Part shown: positions 38,506-50,340 of the stretch, in pieces | Layout of the letters: each line of letters begins with the position of its first letter | Position numbering within the stretch: position 1 is the first letter of the stretch | DNA from: Vicugna vicugna | Taxonomy: Eukaryota | Direction of reading: 5' to 3' | Length of the DNA stretch: 64,000 nt | Assembly: GCA_013265495.1 (NCBI GenBank) | Contig: MU063382.1 | Coordinates: 434,001 to 498,000 of the forward strand | Program-made: the position numbers and the translations under genes | Notes under the pieces: generated by a model | What the model was told of the DNA's origin: nothing | The model's input: only the letters and a program-made list of their open reading frames with translations | Databases searched by the model: none

Positions 38506-39007
38506 GAATACACATCTATTCTTCTAGGCCTAAACCTTCAGCTGCCTAATTAGTTCTCCCATGCATGGTCCTCTAAATCTAAAACTCCTTTTTCTGTTGG
38601 CAGACAGGGATCATGGGCAGATGTTAGAAAGCGGTGAGGCAGACCAAGGTGATACCTGGGTTTAGCGTCTCAGTTCCTGAAAGCTTCCGTCTCTGACATT
38701 AAGAGTTGTACATTTGGGATGGGAACTCGGCTCAAGAACGACCATGATGAAGCCCCCTCTGTTACTGCTGCTGTCAGTGGCCTGGATCTTACAAAGAAAT
38801 TCTAAGTGGATGAGCATTTGGCATGCATTCAGAGAACTCCAGCCTCTGCGCTCGTGTGTGGATGAGTTGGAGAGTGACTTTTTTTTGCAGCTGAGGATGT
38901 AGAAGGTGCCCAGAAACCCCTGGTCGTGTCAGGGAAGAGAACTGAGCCTTTGCTGGCTGGCTTCAGTTTGGCCTGAGGAGGAAGCAGGCTGTAACAGAGT
39001 TAGTAGG

Positions 39008-39272
39008 AATAATTAGAATAATCAGAGCTGGAGACACTTCTGTAGCGTGGACCGTGGGCCAGACACTGTTCCAAGCACCTTGTGTTGGCTGACTCACGGA
39101 CACCCCCGCCACCCAGTGAGGTAGCGCCGGTCCAGCCCGTCTGCACAGTTAAGGAAGCTTGCAGCTTGGAGAGGTTAAGTAACTTGCTTGTGATCACACA
39201 GCTGAAAAGTAAGACAGCCTGGATTCTAGCCCGGAAAACAAGGCTCCAGGACCACTCTTGCAATTTGTTATA
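39008..39272 (-). repeat. MIR, near full length
   Basis: gccagacactgttccaagcac...gagaggttaagtaacttgcttgtgatcacacagct...ggctccag. Confidence 0.88.
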
Positions 39273-40104
39273 TAGTGAATTTCCCCGCCCTCACAGATGC
39301 ACCTTCTAAGAGCCCACCCAGGCTTTTAAGCCTCATAAAGATATGACTTATGATGCTCCGTACTATTACTTGTCATACTCTTATGACCAGACCCCCAGGT
39401 TCAGCTCTCACCTGACCTGGTGACTGCTGTCACGCTGCGGTCCCCAAAGTGCATCTTTGACCTCCAGCAGGCTGGTCTCTCATCTGAATGGTCCTCATTC
39501 CCCACCCAGGACTTAGCAGACACCTCTCGGCACCGCGAACGCCTTTCCTTCACCCTTGCTGCTCCGGCCTGAGCTCGGGGAAGCCTTTCCTCACGTCTTC
39601 TCACACAAATCGCGACCTCCTGAGAACTCCACAAGCACCCAGGACGCATAACACCCAGCCTGCCCGTGCTGGCTCCCCCGTTTTCCCTTCTCATTCCATC
39701 TCGTCTCCCCAGCTCATGGGTGAGATGGGAAGCCTCAGTAGGGTGGGGTCCACGCCTCCCCTCCATGCTGCGCACAGCACGACCTCTGTGAAGACAGGCT
39801 TCCTGACCCGTGGGAGGCAAAGCGTGTGTGATGGATTCCATTGCTTTATTAGGTCTGTGCCTGACCCCCACTTCCAGGCAGCCAACTGGAATGTCATCTC
39901 CACTAACCTCAGCCGCAAAACCCAAAGCAGTCATGCATCTAAGTTTGTTTTTTCTTCTTCTTCTTTAAACATTCTAAAGTGTCATCCTTGTACCACGAGG
40001 AGGTCAGATCGTTTGATAGTTTCCTGTGCTCATTTTCAGGTTTTATGTTGTCTGTCTTCCTGTTTCAAAAGTAACTGCAGGGTTTGGGGGTTATTATTTT
40101 TCAG

Positions 40105-40275
40105 GGATGCCAAGTCCCCACTTAAAAGTGGACCAAACGGCAACACATAGCAAGAGTGAGGGCACCGTGTCCGCCATGATGACCAGGAAGAAGCCAGCCA
40201 CAGTCGACGGAGTTGCAATCCCCCCAGCCCCAGTGCTGTCCCTCCTCGCCGCATCTGCGGCCACAGCAGACGCAG
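40105..40275 (+). CDS. SETBP1: SETBP1 penultimate coding exon (exon 5 in human numbering), 171 nt, phase 1-1
   Basis: Translates (G)[56 protein letters not shown], which I recognise as SETBP1. Acceptor ttattatttttcAG at 40103-40104; donor CAG|GTGAGC at 40276. Splices in frame to the exon at 62824. Confidence 0.97.
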
Positions 40276-40499
40276 GTGAGCACTTTCCAGCGGCTCTGGG
40301 TTCACCCCGGTGAAGGTGGGTGTGGAGAAGGCCCTCTGGGAGTGTCCTTTTGAATGTAGGTAAGAGTTCTCTGCTCAGCCAACCTCCCGCAGACACAGGT
40401 GTGTCAACTGTGTCAGCAGGGGCTTCTTCAGGTGGGAGGAGGTCTAAGACAAGGAGATCATCTCAGAACCTGGAAGCCAAGGCCATGTGAGGGTCAGCA

Positions 40500-40720
40500 A
40501 CAGTGCTAATTACTCTTTATCAAGCCTCAGTCATTACTAATCTCTGCATCAAGGGCCTTGGATATGTTATCTCATGTAACTCATACAAGAACTCCGTGAA
40601 ATAAATACTTGTGTCTTCATCCCAGAAGAGGAAGCTAAGGGTAGAGGAACTTGCCCCAGGAACCCGTGGGGACAGTCAGGATTCCAACTCAGGTCCAGCA
40701 GGTGGGCTGTCGACCACTGC
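40500..40720 (-). repeat. MIR
   Basis: gttatctcatgtaactcatacaagaactccgtga...gaggaagctaagggtagaggaacttgccccagg...ggattccaactcagg. Confidence 0.75.
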
Positions 40721-43069
40721 ATTTCACCCTCTCCCAAGCTCACCGGGTTGGGAGACAGTAATCAGGGTTTCCCTGAGGCTTTGATTCATTCTACCCCATG
40801 ATGTCATGAATTCCCCAGTGGTCACCAGACTCCTCACTGGCAGTTTATAAAATATAAACTCCTTACTCAGACGTCCCATAAGCTCTGCCTTCCTCCGCTC
40901 CCCTATCACTTCCCACCAGTCCCTGCACCAACCCCACTTTGCCAGGAACGCAGGTCTTGGACCTGGCTTCAAACCTGCCTTTGAGGACAGCCTTACTCAG
41001 GTCCTCGTCACATCCCACTGACCTCCAAGGCTCAGTGACCCCACCTGCTCTGAATGCCGGCAGCATTTAGTGTCTCTGCCACATGCTGGCCGCCCCCTCC
41101 TAGACTACATAAGACATGCTTCCATTTAACTACTCTTTTGTAGCAGAATCGTATGTACCTTGGAGGTAGAATCCACGATTTAGCTGTTGCCATCTTCACG
41201 ACACACAGAATGATGGCACACTCCAGGAAATGTGTTGAATTAATACACTGGTAAATGTTACCCACACTGCAGTGTTTAGAAATGCCTATTTTGATTAGAA
41301 GCCCAAGAAGAGACTCATTACTGATATTCACTCTAAACTCACCTCCTAAATCAGCAGGTTGCTTTAAGCACGAGACTCTATGTACCTAACTCCTTCGTGG
41401 GAATCATGGGGCAATTTAAAAAATGAGCCTAACTGAAATAATAGAAAGAAATATTTGGAATGACACTTCTCAAACTGAGTTTCACAAAACATGAGTAGGT
41501 GTTTTGTGATAAAGATGTTTTCATAGTTAAGTGAGGGAAAGGGAGACTGCATTGCACCTGGCTTCATTTCTGCAGAGGTTTTCAGAGCCTTTAATTGACC
41601 AGTGTGCATTGTGAGGTTCCAGGAGGGAGAGACACAGAATTTCACGACCCTACCTGACTGCAAAACTCACCTCTCTGCGAATAACTCTCAGTACCTCTTG
41701 GAAATGGTGTTCTTCCCAGCCATTTGGGAACTCTTGCTCTGAAGAAAGGGGCAGCTCTTTCAAATATGATCAAGAATCTTCACATTGTTCACATGCTAGT
41801 TGTGAAGTAAAGAGTACTGGATGTAAATGTCAGGTGAATAATGCCAGCAATGGGTAGAGTCAGAGGAATGGGGACGAAGCTGCCCTGAGACTTGATGGAT
41901 CAGCAGTGCCTTATGGGGAGGAGGGCAGCCAGGCAGAGGGAGCAGTGTCGACGGAGTCCCATGCCTGGAACTCTGGGAAGTCATCACTCGGCTGGAGCAA
42001 AAGATTTGGGCCGAGGTCTGCATACTCACCCAGATAATTGCTTCTTCAAACTTGTCGGTTAAGCTCTGGAGACCTCCCTTTATGGATCTAGAAATTAGCC
42101 TGCGTGTTTCCGCCTTTGCTTGCCAAGCACAGATATTTCCCAGAGGCAAAAGACAGGTGGTCCCCCATTTTCCTTTCCTGAACTCCATCCACGCAGCGTG
42201 AGAGACAGGGTTCCTGGGACCGCACGCTTCTGTGGGCTTGCCTCCTCTATCTGTGTTCAGTAATTTCCAAATATGCCAAACGGGCACAGACACAGGTGGG
42301 CATTAAACTTTTAAACCTGTCTCTCTGGTAATCAGATCGGAGCCAAAGCTCTCCTGTTTCAGGATGCAGGAATGGGCTGTTTATTTTTGGCAGTGCTAAA
42401 CTGAGACCCTCATGAGAATTTCACAGATTTGATCCCATTTCCGGGTCTGAGCAGAGCTTTTGCGGGAAAACAGGCTAGCGATCTCCTCCAGGTGCTGGAG
42501 GCCGGACCTTCCTGAGATTCTTCTCCCCGCAGATGAATGTCTTCCCACCAACCTCAGAGACTCAGGGTCACACAGGCTGGGCTCATGTCCAATGCTCTGT
42601 TTCACACGTGAAGGAACCAACGCTCTCGAGATTCAAAGATTTTCCTGAGGTCATGCAATTGGATTGGAAATTTCTTGATTTCCTTACTGCCTGATTTCCG
42701 ATGGAATCTCACTTCTGTCATAGTCCCAAGAGTGTCAAAGACAGAGTCCTTTCTCCCTAATTATGGACTCCTTTTAGAGAACAGTGAGTGAAACTCGTAA
42801 TTTGATGCTTTAACCAAAGTCAAGCATACAGAAGGCTGTTAATAGTTGTTAATGGTTTCTGGGCTTGATTTCATTCAAAAGGATGCTTTACGTTAGTCAC
42901 ACGTATTTCTGATAAGACTACTCCCTTAATTGCTGTTTTCTTTAGTGTCCTGTCTTTCACTGTCAGTAACGTAAGTCAGAATTACTTCTGATTATATACA
43001 GAAATCAGCTTATTTTTCAATGGGTCATCATTTCTACAGGATGGTCTTGAAGACCCAGACAAGTGCAGA

Positions 43070-43070
<1 letters not shown>

Positions 43071-43109
<39 letters not shown>

Positions 43110-43123
43110 AAGAAAGAAAAGAA
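43071..43123. repeat. A37 followed by GAAA-type repeats
   Basis: A at 43071-43107, then gaaagaaagaaaagaa. Confidence 0.95.
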
Positions 43124-43254
43124 GCATAAATTAAGTGACTTATAAAGCAAAGTTAATTTAAGGAATCCTTTATTCAGATTAAAAAATACAGGAATAATTC
43201 AATTAATTAGAAATTCCTTTTATTTAAATATAACGGAAACTAAATTATCTAGTA

Positions 43255-43310
43255 CAGTTCCTCGTGTATGTAGATGCTCAATAAATGATCACTGAGTGAA
43301 ATGAATGATC
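43255..43310 (+). repeat. L2 3' end
   Basis: gtagatgctcaataaatgatcactgagtgaaatgaatga. Confidence 0.65.
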
Positions 43311-44327
43311 ATGAGGCAGTAGCTGTGTGCTCACACAGGACCAAACAAGGTGTGAGACAGCTGAGAAAAACAGGCTTGACGTTGGAACTGCTTAGCGAGC
43401 AAATGGAAGACATTTGACAGATTTGACAGACGTGTGATGGGCTGTTGTAAATACGCATCGAATGATTAATCAGCCTATAGTCCGAAGGGTGCTTTCTCAA
43501 ACAGGTGATCTTGGGTAAAAAAAAAAGAAAAGGAAACTTTCCCACCTTATTTTATAAACATAACATGGAAGAAATGAACTTGGGTCGGAGGTTTAAAAAT
43601 ATGTCTTTTCTAGCATGTGTGCGCGCACGCGTGTGTGTGTATGTCTGTGTGTGTTTAAGGCAGCTTCTTAGCATCTCAGAGTCAGAGAGTGATGGTGATG
43701 ATAAAGTTAGTGATCTGGGGGAGGAGGCGGAAGAGGAGCTGCAGGAGTGGGTACCCAGGCTGAGGCCGTGTCGTCTGTGAGCTACTGGGAGGGAGGGAGG
43801 AAGGGAGGGATGCCCGTGGCCGCCACGGGCGCTCAGGCAGGTCAGCCTTCATGATCCAGCTGCTCAATAGCTATTGATCAGCTGCTGTCCCCTGGCACAA
43901 CAAAGGAGGTCCGGTTCAAGGGAGCACTGCATCATTACTGTGAGTAATTAGGGCTAATGCACTGAAAGCTTCAATAAAGTTTGTTCAAAATGATGCATAA
44001 TTTGAAATAACTTCTATTGCAGTCTCCCAATAATGATTTAATAACCACACCAGATAATCGGTACCTGAATAAGTGAGCCTAATTTTTCTTTTCTTCTTCT
44101 TGTTGAACTAACTGCTCCAGGAGGTTATGTGGTGTGTAGAGAACACACGATTTCACTACTGAAACAATTCCCCTGCCCTTTGTATTTAAGATGAGACTGT
44201 ATTGTCAAGTACGTTACAAATTTTGTAACAACTCCATAAAACACCACGAGAAATATTTCTGTAGTTTTGCATCTGAAAGTCTGGAGCAGTAGTGATGGAA
44301 AAGCGAACAGGCATTTCATTCTTTTTC

Positions 44328-44356
44328 CTCTCTCTCTCTCACACACACACACACAC
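44328..44356. repeat. (CT)6(AC)8 compound microsatellite
   Basis: Seen directly. Confidence 0.93.
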
Positions 44357-46164
44357 TCAGATGCTCTCTCATGTTAAATCCAAGTAGGAAAAAAAAAAAT
44401 ACATCAGGCCTGCTGTCACCAAATGTCACCTGCTCAAGGTGTAGCTCACAGATGACACAGGGAAATGGAGGGAGCTCAGCTCTTAGCTCGTGGTTTTGTA
44501 TCTGTTTTGTCTCAAGGCAAATCCATTATTCTCTCAAACTCTGTGATCTGCCTTGCTTAAAACAATCAGAGACTATGAGTAAGTGAAAAATATTTAAATT
44601 TCACAAGTCTGTTAAGCTTTTAGACATTTTACTTCTAAAGCAAAGACTGATATTGGGTAAGCCATTTAGTTATTAAACCAAACTATCCACCCAATCAGAA
44701 ATGACTGATACCTGTCATCAGGGTGCCAAACTTTACAGATTAAAGAGTGAATTCTTAATTCTAGTGGAATCAGAATGAAATTCAGTATTCTAGTAGCTGG
44801 AGCAAAATGATTGTGAAAATTGCTTCTAACTCCCAAATTCTAGAACGCCTGATTTTTCTCTTAACCAACTGCCATTTATGGAGAGAGGCCCCAAATGATG
44901 AAGTAGTATCTAGGTGCAAAAACAATGCACAGGAATTTAAGGATTGTAAAATAATTTATTTTATTTGTTTTTTTGTCCTATGTGGAATCATTATCAGATA
45001 CTCCTAACCAAAAGAATGGGGGTCAAATTCAGCCAAACATCTTGTCTTTCAAAAAGAACCAATATAGTCAAATAAATGGGCTAGTTAATAGGATCTGGAA
45101 CATCCAGGAGCCATAGTATACAAACTGAAGACGTCTTCAAGTTGTAAAACAGATTTCTGTAAGTCCAGATTAATCATTTAAAATATACAGTAGGAAACAT
45201 TCAAAAAAAGATCTAGAGAGATTAAAGTTTTATTTTAAAAACAAATAATTTTCTGAAAAGTGCTACCCACGGGGCCCGTGTTGGAACCACACAGAGTGAC
45301 TGTTTGCCCAGCGGGCTCTGCTGAACGGGAGGCCCTTGGAGAGCCCCCTCCCTTCAGCTCTGGACCATGACGGGACGCAGCAGATCTGCCAGCTTCTGTC
45401 CTTCCCTGAAGACCCCTTCGCACCGAAACCGTCTCAAAAACTTCCATTTTTTTAATTTTTGGTTTTTTTTCTTTTTTTTGCCCAAAAAGGAGGAAATAAG
45501 CTCTTTTCTGATTTAAACTGGACATCCCGGAAGAGCTGAGCTGTTCCCATGGTCCAGGCTGTAAACATCCCCAAGAGGCACCCAACCCCCCAGAACTGGC
45601 CCCGGCCTCCTGCTCCAACCCCAACTCCTTGGAGATGTCAACCAGCACCAAACTCCTTTGGAATCCCCACTGTCAGAGTGAAACTTGCAAAAACCGAAAA
45701 ACTCATGTCAAGGATTCATTCACGTCTTTAGTGAGGAAACCAACATGGTGATAAAGCTGGTCCAAAAAGAATGGGAAGAAAAGGGTATTACAGGAGGGCA
45801 GGCTTTGGACAAAGAATGACTAGCAGGATTGCTCAGTTTATGTCCTAATGGGCAATAAAACCATAATCTCTGTGCTTATCTTTTCTACTGGAAAAAAATC
45901 ATTTGCATATTTTCCGGGCAAAAGTCTACAGGTGCCTGCCAGAATCTGGACCTTTAATCAGTGGTGAATCCAGTCAGGGTCCATTTCCCTAGATAATAAT
46001 CCTTGGGCGGGCCTGTAAAATGATGCTCTTGGACTCCAAAAGGACATGCACCTTTCACTTGCCTTTTTTCTCTAAGTTTTGGCTCATTTTTCTTAACACC
46101 ACCCCTGGGCTGCCCAGCACTCCAGTCGAATGCACATCTTCTTGCTTCCAGTTGCCTGCGTTAG

Positions 46165-46345
46165 AAGCTCAGTGCTGTGCTAAAGCAGCTGGGTGATCTC
46201 AGACCTCAGTGCTCACATCTGTGAAGTGGGGGGAAGCATGCCTCCTGGTGTAGGAGATGGTGGTGAGCAATCGGTGAAGGCATGCTGGCAAACATCTTAG
46301 CAGAGGGCCTGACACAAACCAAGAGTTCAGCAAACTTGTGCGACT
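46165..46345 (+). repeat. MIR
   Basis: agacctcagtgctcacatctgtgaagtgggg...acatcttagcagagggcctgacaca. Confidence 0.72.
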
Positions 46346-46877
46346 GTTATTATTATTGCTCTTGCTATTATCTGTTTTCCACCCCAGAAACGTCCTGTCT
46401 CCCTCATCTACTCTTCAAGCTATTTGGATATGTAATTCTTTTTTTTTTTTTATTGAAGTGTAGTCAGTTACAATGTGTCAATTTCTGGTGCACAACGTCC
46501 CAGTCATGCATATATTCCTTTTCATATTCTTTTTCATTAAAGGTTATTACAAGACATTGACTATAGTTCCCTGTGCTACACAGGAGAAATTTGGTTTTTT
46601 TAATCTATTTTTATATACAGTGGTTAAAGTTTGCAAATCACAAACTCCCAAATTCATCCCTTCCTGCCCCTTTTCCCCAGTAACCATAAGATTGTTTACT
46701 ATGTCTGTGAGTCTATTTCTGTTTTGTAGATGAGGTCATTAGTGTCTTCTTCTTTTTTTCTTTTAGATTCCACATATAAGTGATATCATATGGTATTTTT
46801 CTTTCTCTTTCTGGCTTACTTCACTTAGAATGACATTCTCTAGGAACATCCATGTTGCTACAAGTGGCATTATTTTA

Positions 46878-47009
46878 NNNNNNNNNNNNNNNNNNNNNNN
46901 NNNNNNNNNNNNNNNNNNNNNNNNNNNNNNNNNNNNNNNNNNNNNNNNNNNNNNNNNNNNNNNNNNNNNNNNNNNNNNNNNNNNNNNNNNNNNNNNNNNN
47001 NNNNNNNNN
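46878..47009. other. N gap, 132 nt (inside L1)
   Basis: Run of n. Confidence 0.99.
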
Positions 47010-47070
47010 GGGGCATATATCTTTTCAAATTAGAGTTCCCTCTGGATACATGCCCAGGAGTAGGATTACT

Positions 47071-47204
47071 NNNNNNNNNNNNNNNNNNNNNNNNNNNNNN
47101 NNNNNNNNNNNNNNNNNNNNNNNNNNNNNNNNNNNNNNNNNNNNNNNNNNNNNNNNNNNNNNNNNNNNNNNNNNNNNNNNNNNNNNNNNNNNNNNNNNNN
47201 NNNN
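47071..47204. other. N gap, 134 nt (inside L1)
   Basis: Run of n. Confidence 0.99.
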
Positions 47205-48234
47205 ATTTGTAGACTTTTGAGTGATGGCCATTCTGACTAGTGTGAGGTGATACCTCATTGTAGTTTTGATTTACATTTCTCTGATAATTAGCAATATTGA
47301 GCATTTTTCCATGTGCCTATTGGCCATAGATATCTAATTCATAATTATTCTTCAAGACTCAGCTTAGATGTCTTCAACTCTAAGAAGGCTTCCCATATAC
47401 CCATTTTGAGACTCACCCCTTGGTAAAGCTTTATACCACACTCCTGTGCTCCGTGGCCCCTGTCAACCCCTTGATCATTGAGCCCTACATTGATGTGGTG
47501 TCTGTGTCCCATGCTGCACCACCCACTCCCTTTACTGTCAAGCGTTACTCACCTTTGAAACCCCAGTTTCAAAACTGGGCAAACAATAGCTAATCATTAA
47601 ATATTGGTCAAAATGCATTGAACAACTGTTTCCTGCAAAAAACCATCTGGTACATGAAAACACATACTTTAACATTGTATTAATTAGAGTTGAGAGGCAA
47701 TGGTTTGCCTTCATTTTCCGTATCAGCACCAGAAACAGCAAACCATCCTGAGAGTGTTCAGCAGAAGAGCGACCTGCAAGGAACCCCGGGGGCCACCAGA
47801 ATCTTTGGTTCCGTAATGGTAGACCAGCTCCTGACTAGTCCACCAGGATATCCTCCAGGCAAGACTGCTTTCAAGTTAAAGAGTCAGCCTAATTGGCATG
47901 GCATGTGCAGAGTACTGAATGTGTGTTTATTGAGAAGAGGAGCTTATATGTGTACGTGTTTCCCTTCACTCAGAAGCCCAATGAGATTTTCAGAATGAAC
48001 TATTTCTGTATGGAAAACTGGAGATTACATTGGCCTGGGCTGTAACTCAATGACCCTCTCTATACACAAGTATTTCATTATGGCCAGATTACTGGTCTCC
48101 TGAGGTTTTGTCCTATTCGATGAGCATTGAGTAGCCCCTGAATTCCCAGAATCTTGGGTTATATGGGATGAAAACAATAGAAACAGAATCCAGAAACACT
48201 GCTATTAAGCAATTTATAGTCATATTTGGGTGTC

Positions 48235-48300
48235 AAGAGCCCTGCCCAGTGCTCGGTGCATAGTAGATACTCAGTAAACATGTCTGGACTGGATTTAACT
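48235..48300 (+). repeat. L2/MIR 3' end
   Basis: cccagtgctcggtgcatagtagatactcagtaaacatgtc. Confidence 0.6.
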
Positions 48301-49157
48301 AATTTTTTTTTCTCTCCAGAGCTGAGATTTTAGGAAAGACAGAAGGTTTAATGACAGGTTGGAAAGTGCTGTGTCTGGGAGAAATTTAACTCAGTTTGTC
48401 TTCTCTGAATGCTCTGTATGGATTACATTCCCAGCCACCTCTTGCCACAGTCAGACCCTCTTAAAACTAGAGTAATGATAATGATACATTTTATCTTCTT
48501 CCCGGTGATCGTATCATTCACGCCTCCACTGCAGCCCAGCGGGAGGTCTGGCTGCGAGGCATTCACACGCAGGGGGAGTCAGGTGCCATTATTGTAATGA
48601 GGGGGAGGAGACCTCCCATACGCGAAGCGATTTCTATTAAGATACTCATTTTATATCAAATCTTCGAGCTCCTCTTTATAAATAGGAGAGAATAAAAGGA
48701 CACTCTTCCAGGGCGGATTTTATGTGGCCAAGAACGAAAGGGCACAAATATTTTATGATCAGTTTTGAGATGAAAGTGGTGTGCCGGCCTTCTCCATCGG
48801 CCCTTCCCGTCTCCAGAAGTCTAATTAGATTCTTGGTTTAATGGTGGTGAGATAATTTAGTGGCAACTGAAAGCAATTGTGTTAATGAGAAGGGGGGACA
48901 GGGCTTTGGGTTTCCTGTAATTAATGGAGAGTTTTTGAAAACCTTCTTGGTTCCAGTGAAGTTGGCATACTGAGCCCAGCTGTGGGGAAGAGGACAAGAT
49001 CTTCCCTGATTATTGCTGCGGAAATGGCCTCAGGCAACGTGGAGGAATTGTGTAATGACTGTCATTAAGAATGATCTTTAGTGGTCCAGGCAGGCTGTAG
49101 TCAGTCTAAGGGACTGGAGAAAGGTTTAGAGAGAATAGACAGGTGTGATAAAGAGAA

Positions 49158-49160
<3 letters not shown>

Positions 49161-49200
<40 letters not shown>
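49161..49200. repeat. (GACA)10 microsatellite
   Basis: Seen directly. Confidence 0.97.
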
Positions 49201-49479
49201 CAGAGAGAGGTATAACTCACCCACCAGTCAGCCCCCTCCACTCTACCTTTAAGAGCCCCTGGAGTAATCCCAGAGCCTCTCCCAGAGGGGGTCTCTTTCT
49301 CCTGCTGCTTAAATTGGAACTGACTAGACAAGACTGCATTAGAGGAGACTAGACAGGATGCTACAGATGAGGAGAGTGAGCCCTGGGAACTGAACTGAAT
49401 CAGCAGGGTTGCAGATGTTACCTGCCAGGAATTAGGAAAAAACCTGGACTCTTTCTGGCTGCCACACGGATATAAAGTA

Positions 49480-49645
49480 AAATCTGGATTTGGAATTCAA
49501 GGACCAGTGTTACTGTCAGCCTGCAGTACTTAATTTGGTCCCTTAGGTAAGCCACAGTCTAAACGAGACTTCTGAGTCTCAGTGAAATGGGAAAAATAAT
49601 TTCTGCTTTTCAGGCAGTGGTAAGAAAGAAATGAAACAGCAGATG
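49480..49645 (+). repeat. MIR
   Basis: ccttaggtaagccac...ctgagtctcagtgaaatgggaaaaataat. Confidence 0.65.
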
Positions 49646-49939
49646 AAAACACCAATCATATATTCAAAATCATATATTCATATATCATTATTTTATGACC
49701 CCACTCATGTCAAAACAGAAGTCATGTCATGCCATGATTTAATCATGTGGAGTCATAATTTAGTCATGTTATGACTCTGATCAAAACACTCGTTAACTAT
49801 CTTCAAAAGTTTTATCCTCACTCCTTCCTCCTCTGAGTATCCTTATCCCGGGGCACCGTCCAGGCCCCCACCCCCCCCCCACCCCCCGTGAGGGTTTAAT
49901 ATTGAGTTCATCTTACCGGAACTTCTATGTGGCTTTGCT

Positions 49940-50340
49940 ACAAATTGTCAAATATTTTTCAAGCACCTGCCACTGTGATACATACAAGTAAGATTAGCCC
50001 TTGCCCCTGGGGAGCTTTCTCGCTGTTTGGAAAAGGCCTGAGTCCAAAACATGAGATACTCAAGTACTAACAGAGCGATCATTTAGCAACCAAGGAGTCA
50101 TTAGTTTCCAGCTGAACTGCGGCACTAAGGGAGTTGGAGGCACTGAGATGATCTGGGAAGAGAAGTTGAGATGGTCTTCTAATGATGGAGCAAATTAAAG
50201 ACGCAGACAGAAGCAGAGGACAGACAGGTTTACAATCTCTCTAAGATCAGAGCATATGTGGAAATAGTGACAGATGAGGTTGGAGGAGAGGCTGGGGCCA
50301 GAACCTGTATCTGAAATTCTAGAACGAGTCATGTTGACTC
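49940..50340 (-). repeat. L2
   Basis: caaatatttttcaagcacctgcc...cttgcccctggggagctt...cagatgaggttggaggagaggctggggccaga. Confidence 0.7.

Larger units (their letters stand above)
1..40104 (+). other. SETBP1: 3' part of the SETBP1 intron preceding the penultimate exon
   Basis: No recognisable SETBP1 coding sequence (SKI-homology region, first AT-hooks) lies upstream in the window. The sequence is repeat-rich and ends at the acceptor at 40104. Confidence 0.85.
46439..47328 (-). mobile_element. 5'-truncated L1 (different 3' UTR subfamily) containing two N gaps
   Basis: Poly-T tail, then tagattccacatataagtgatatcatatggtattt and gatggccattctgactagtgtgaggtgatacctcattgtagttttg (L1 ORF2 end). TSD gatatgtaattc (46427) and gatatctaattc (47329). 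Confidence 0.93.

Noticed and set aside
1-40104. MIR4319, which I recall lying in this SETBP1 intron in human
   Set aside because: I found no match to the recalled mature sequence; it probably maps upstream of this window.
39401-40150. 220-aa (+) and 177-aa (-) ORFs before the penultimate exon
   Set aside because: The + ORF overlaps the real exon out of frame, and neither resembles a known protein.
3059-47304. ORFs composed largely of X residues
   Set aside because: These are artefacts of translating N gaps.
49654-49800. Short direct repeat aatcatatattca x2 and TCATG-rich inverted repeats, considered as a CRISPR-like or structured array
   Set aside because: Only two short units with no spacer periodicity; consistent with local slippage.
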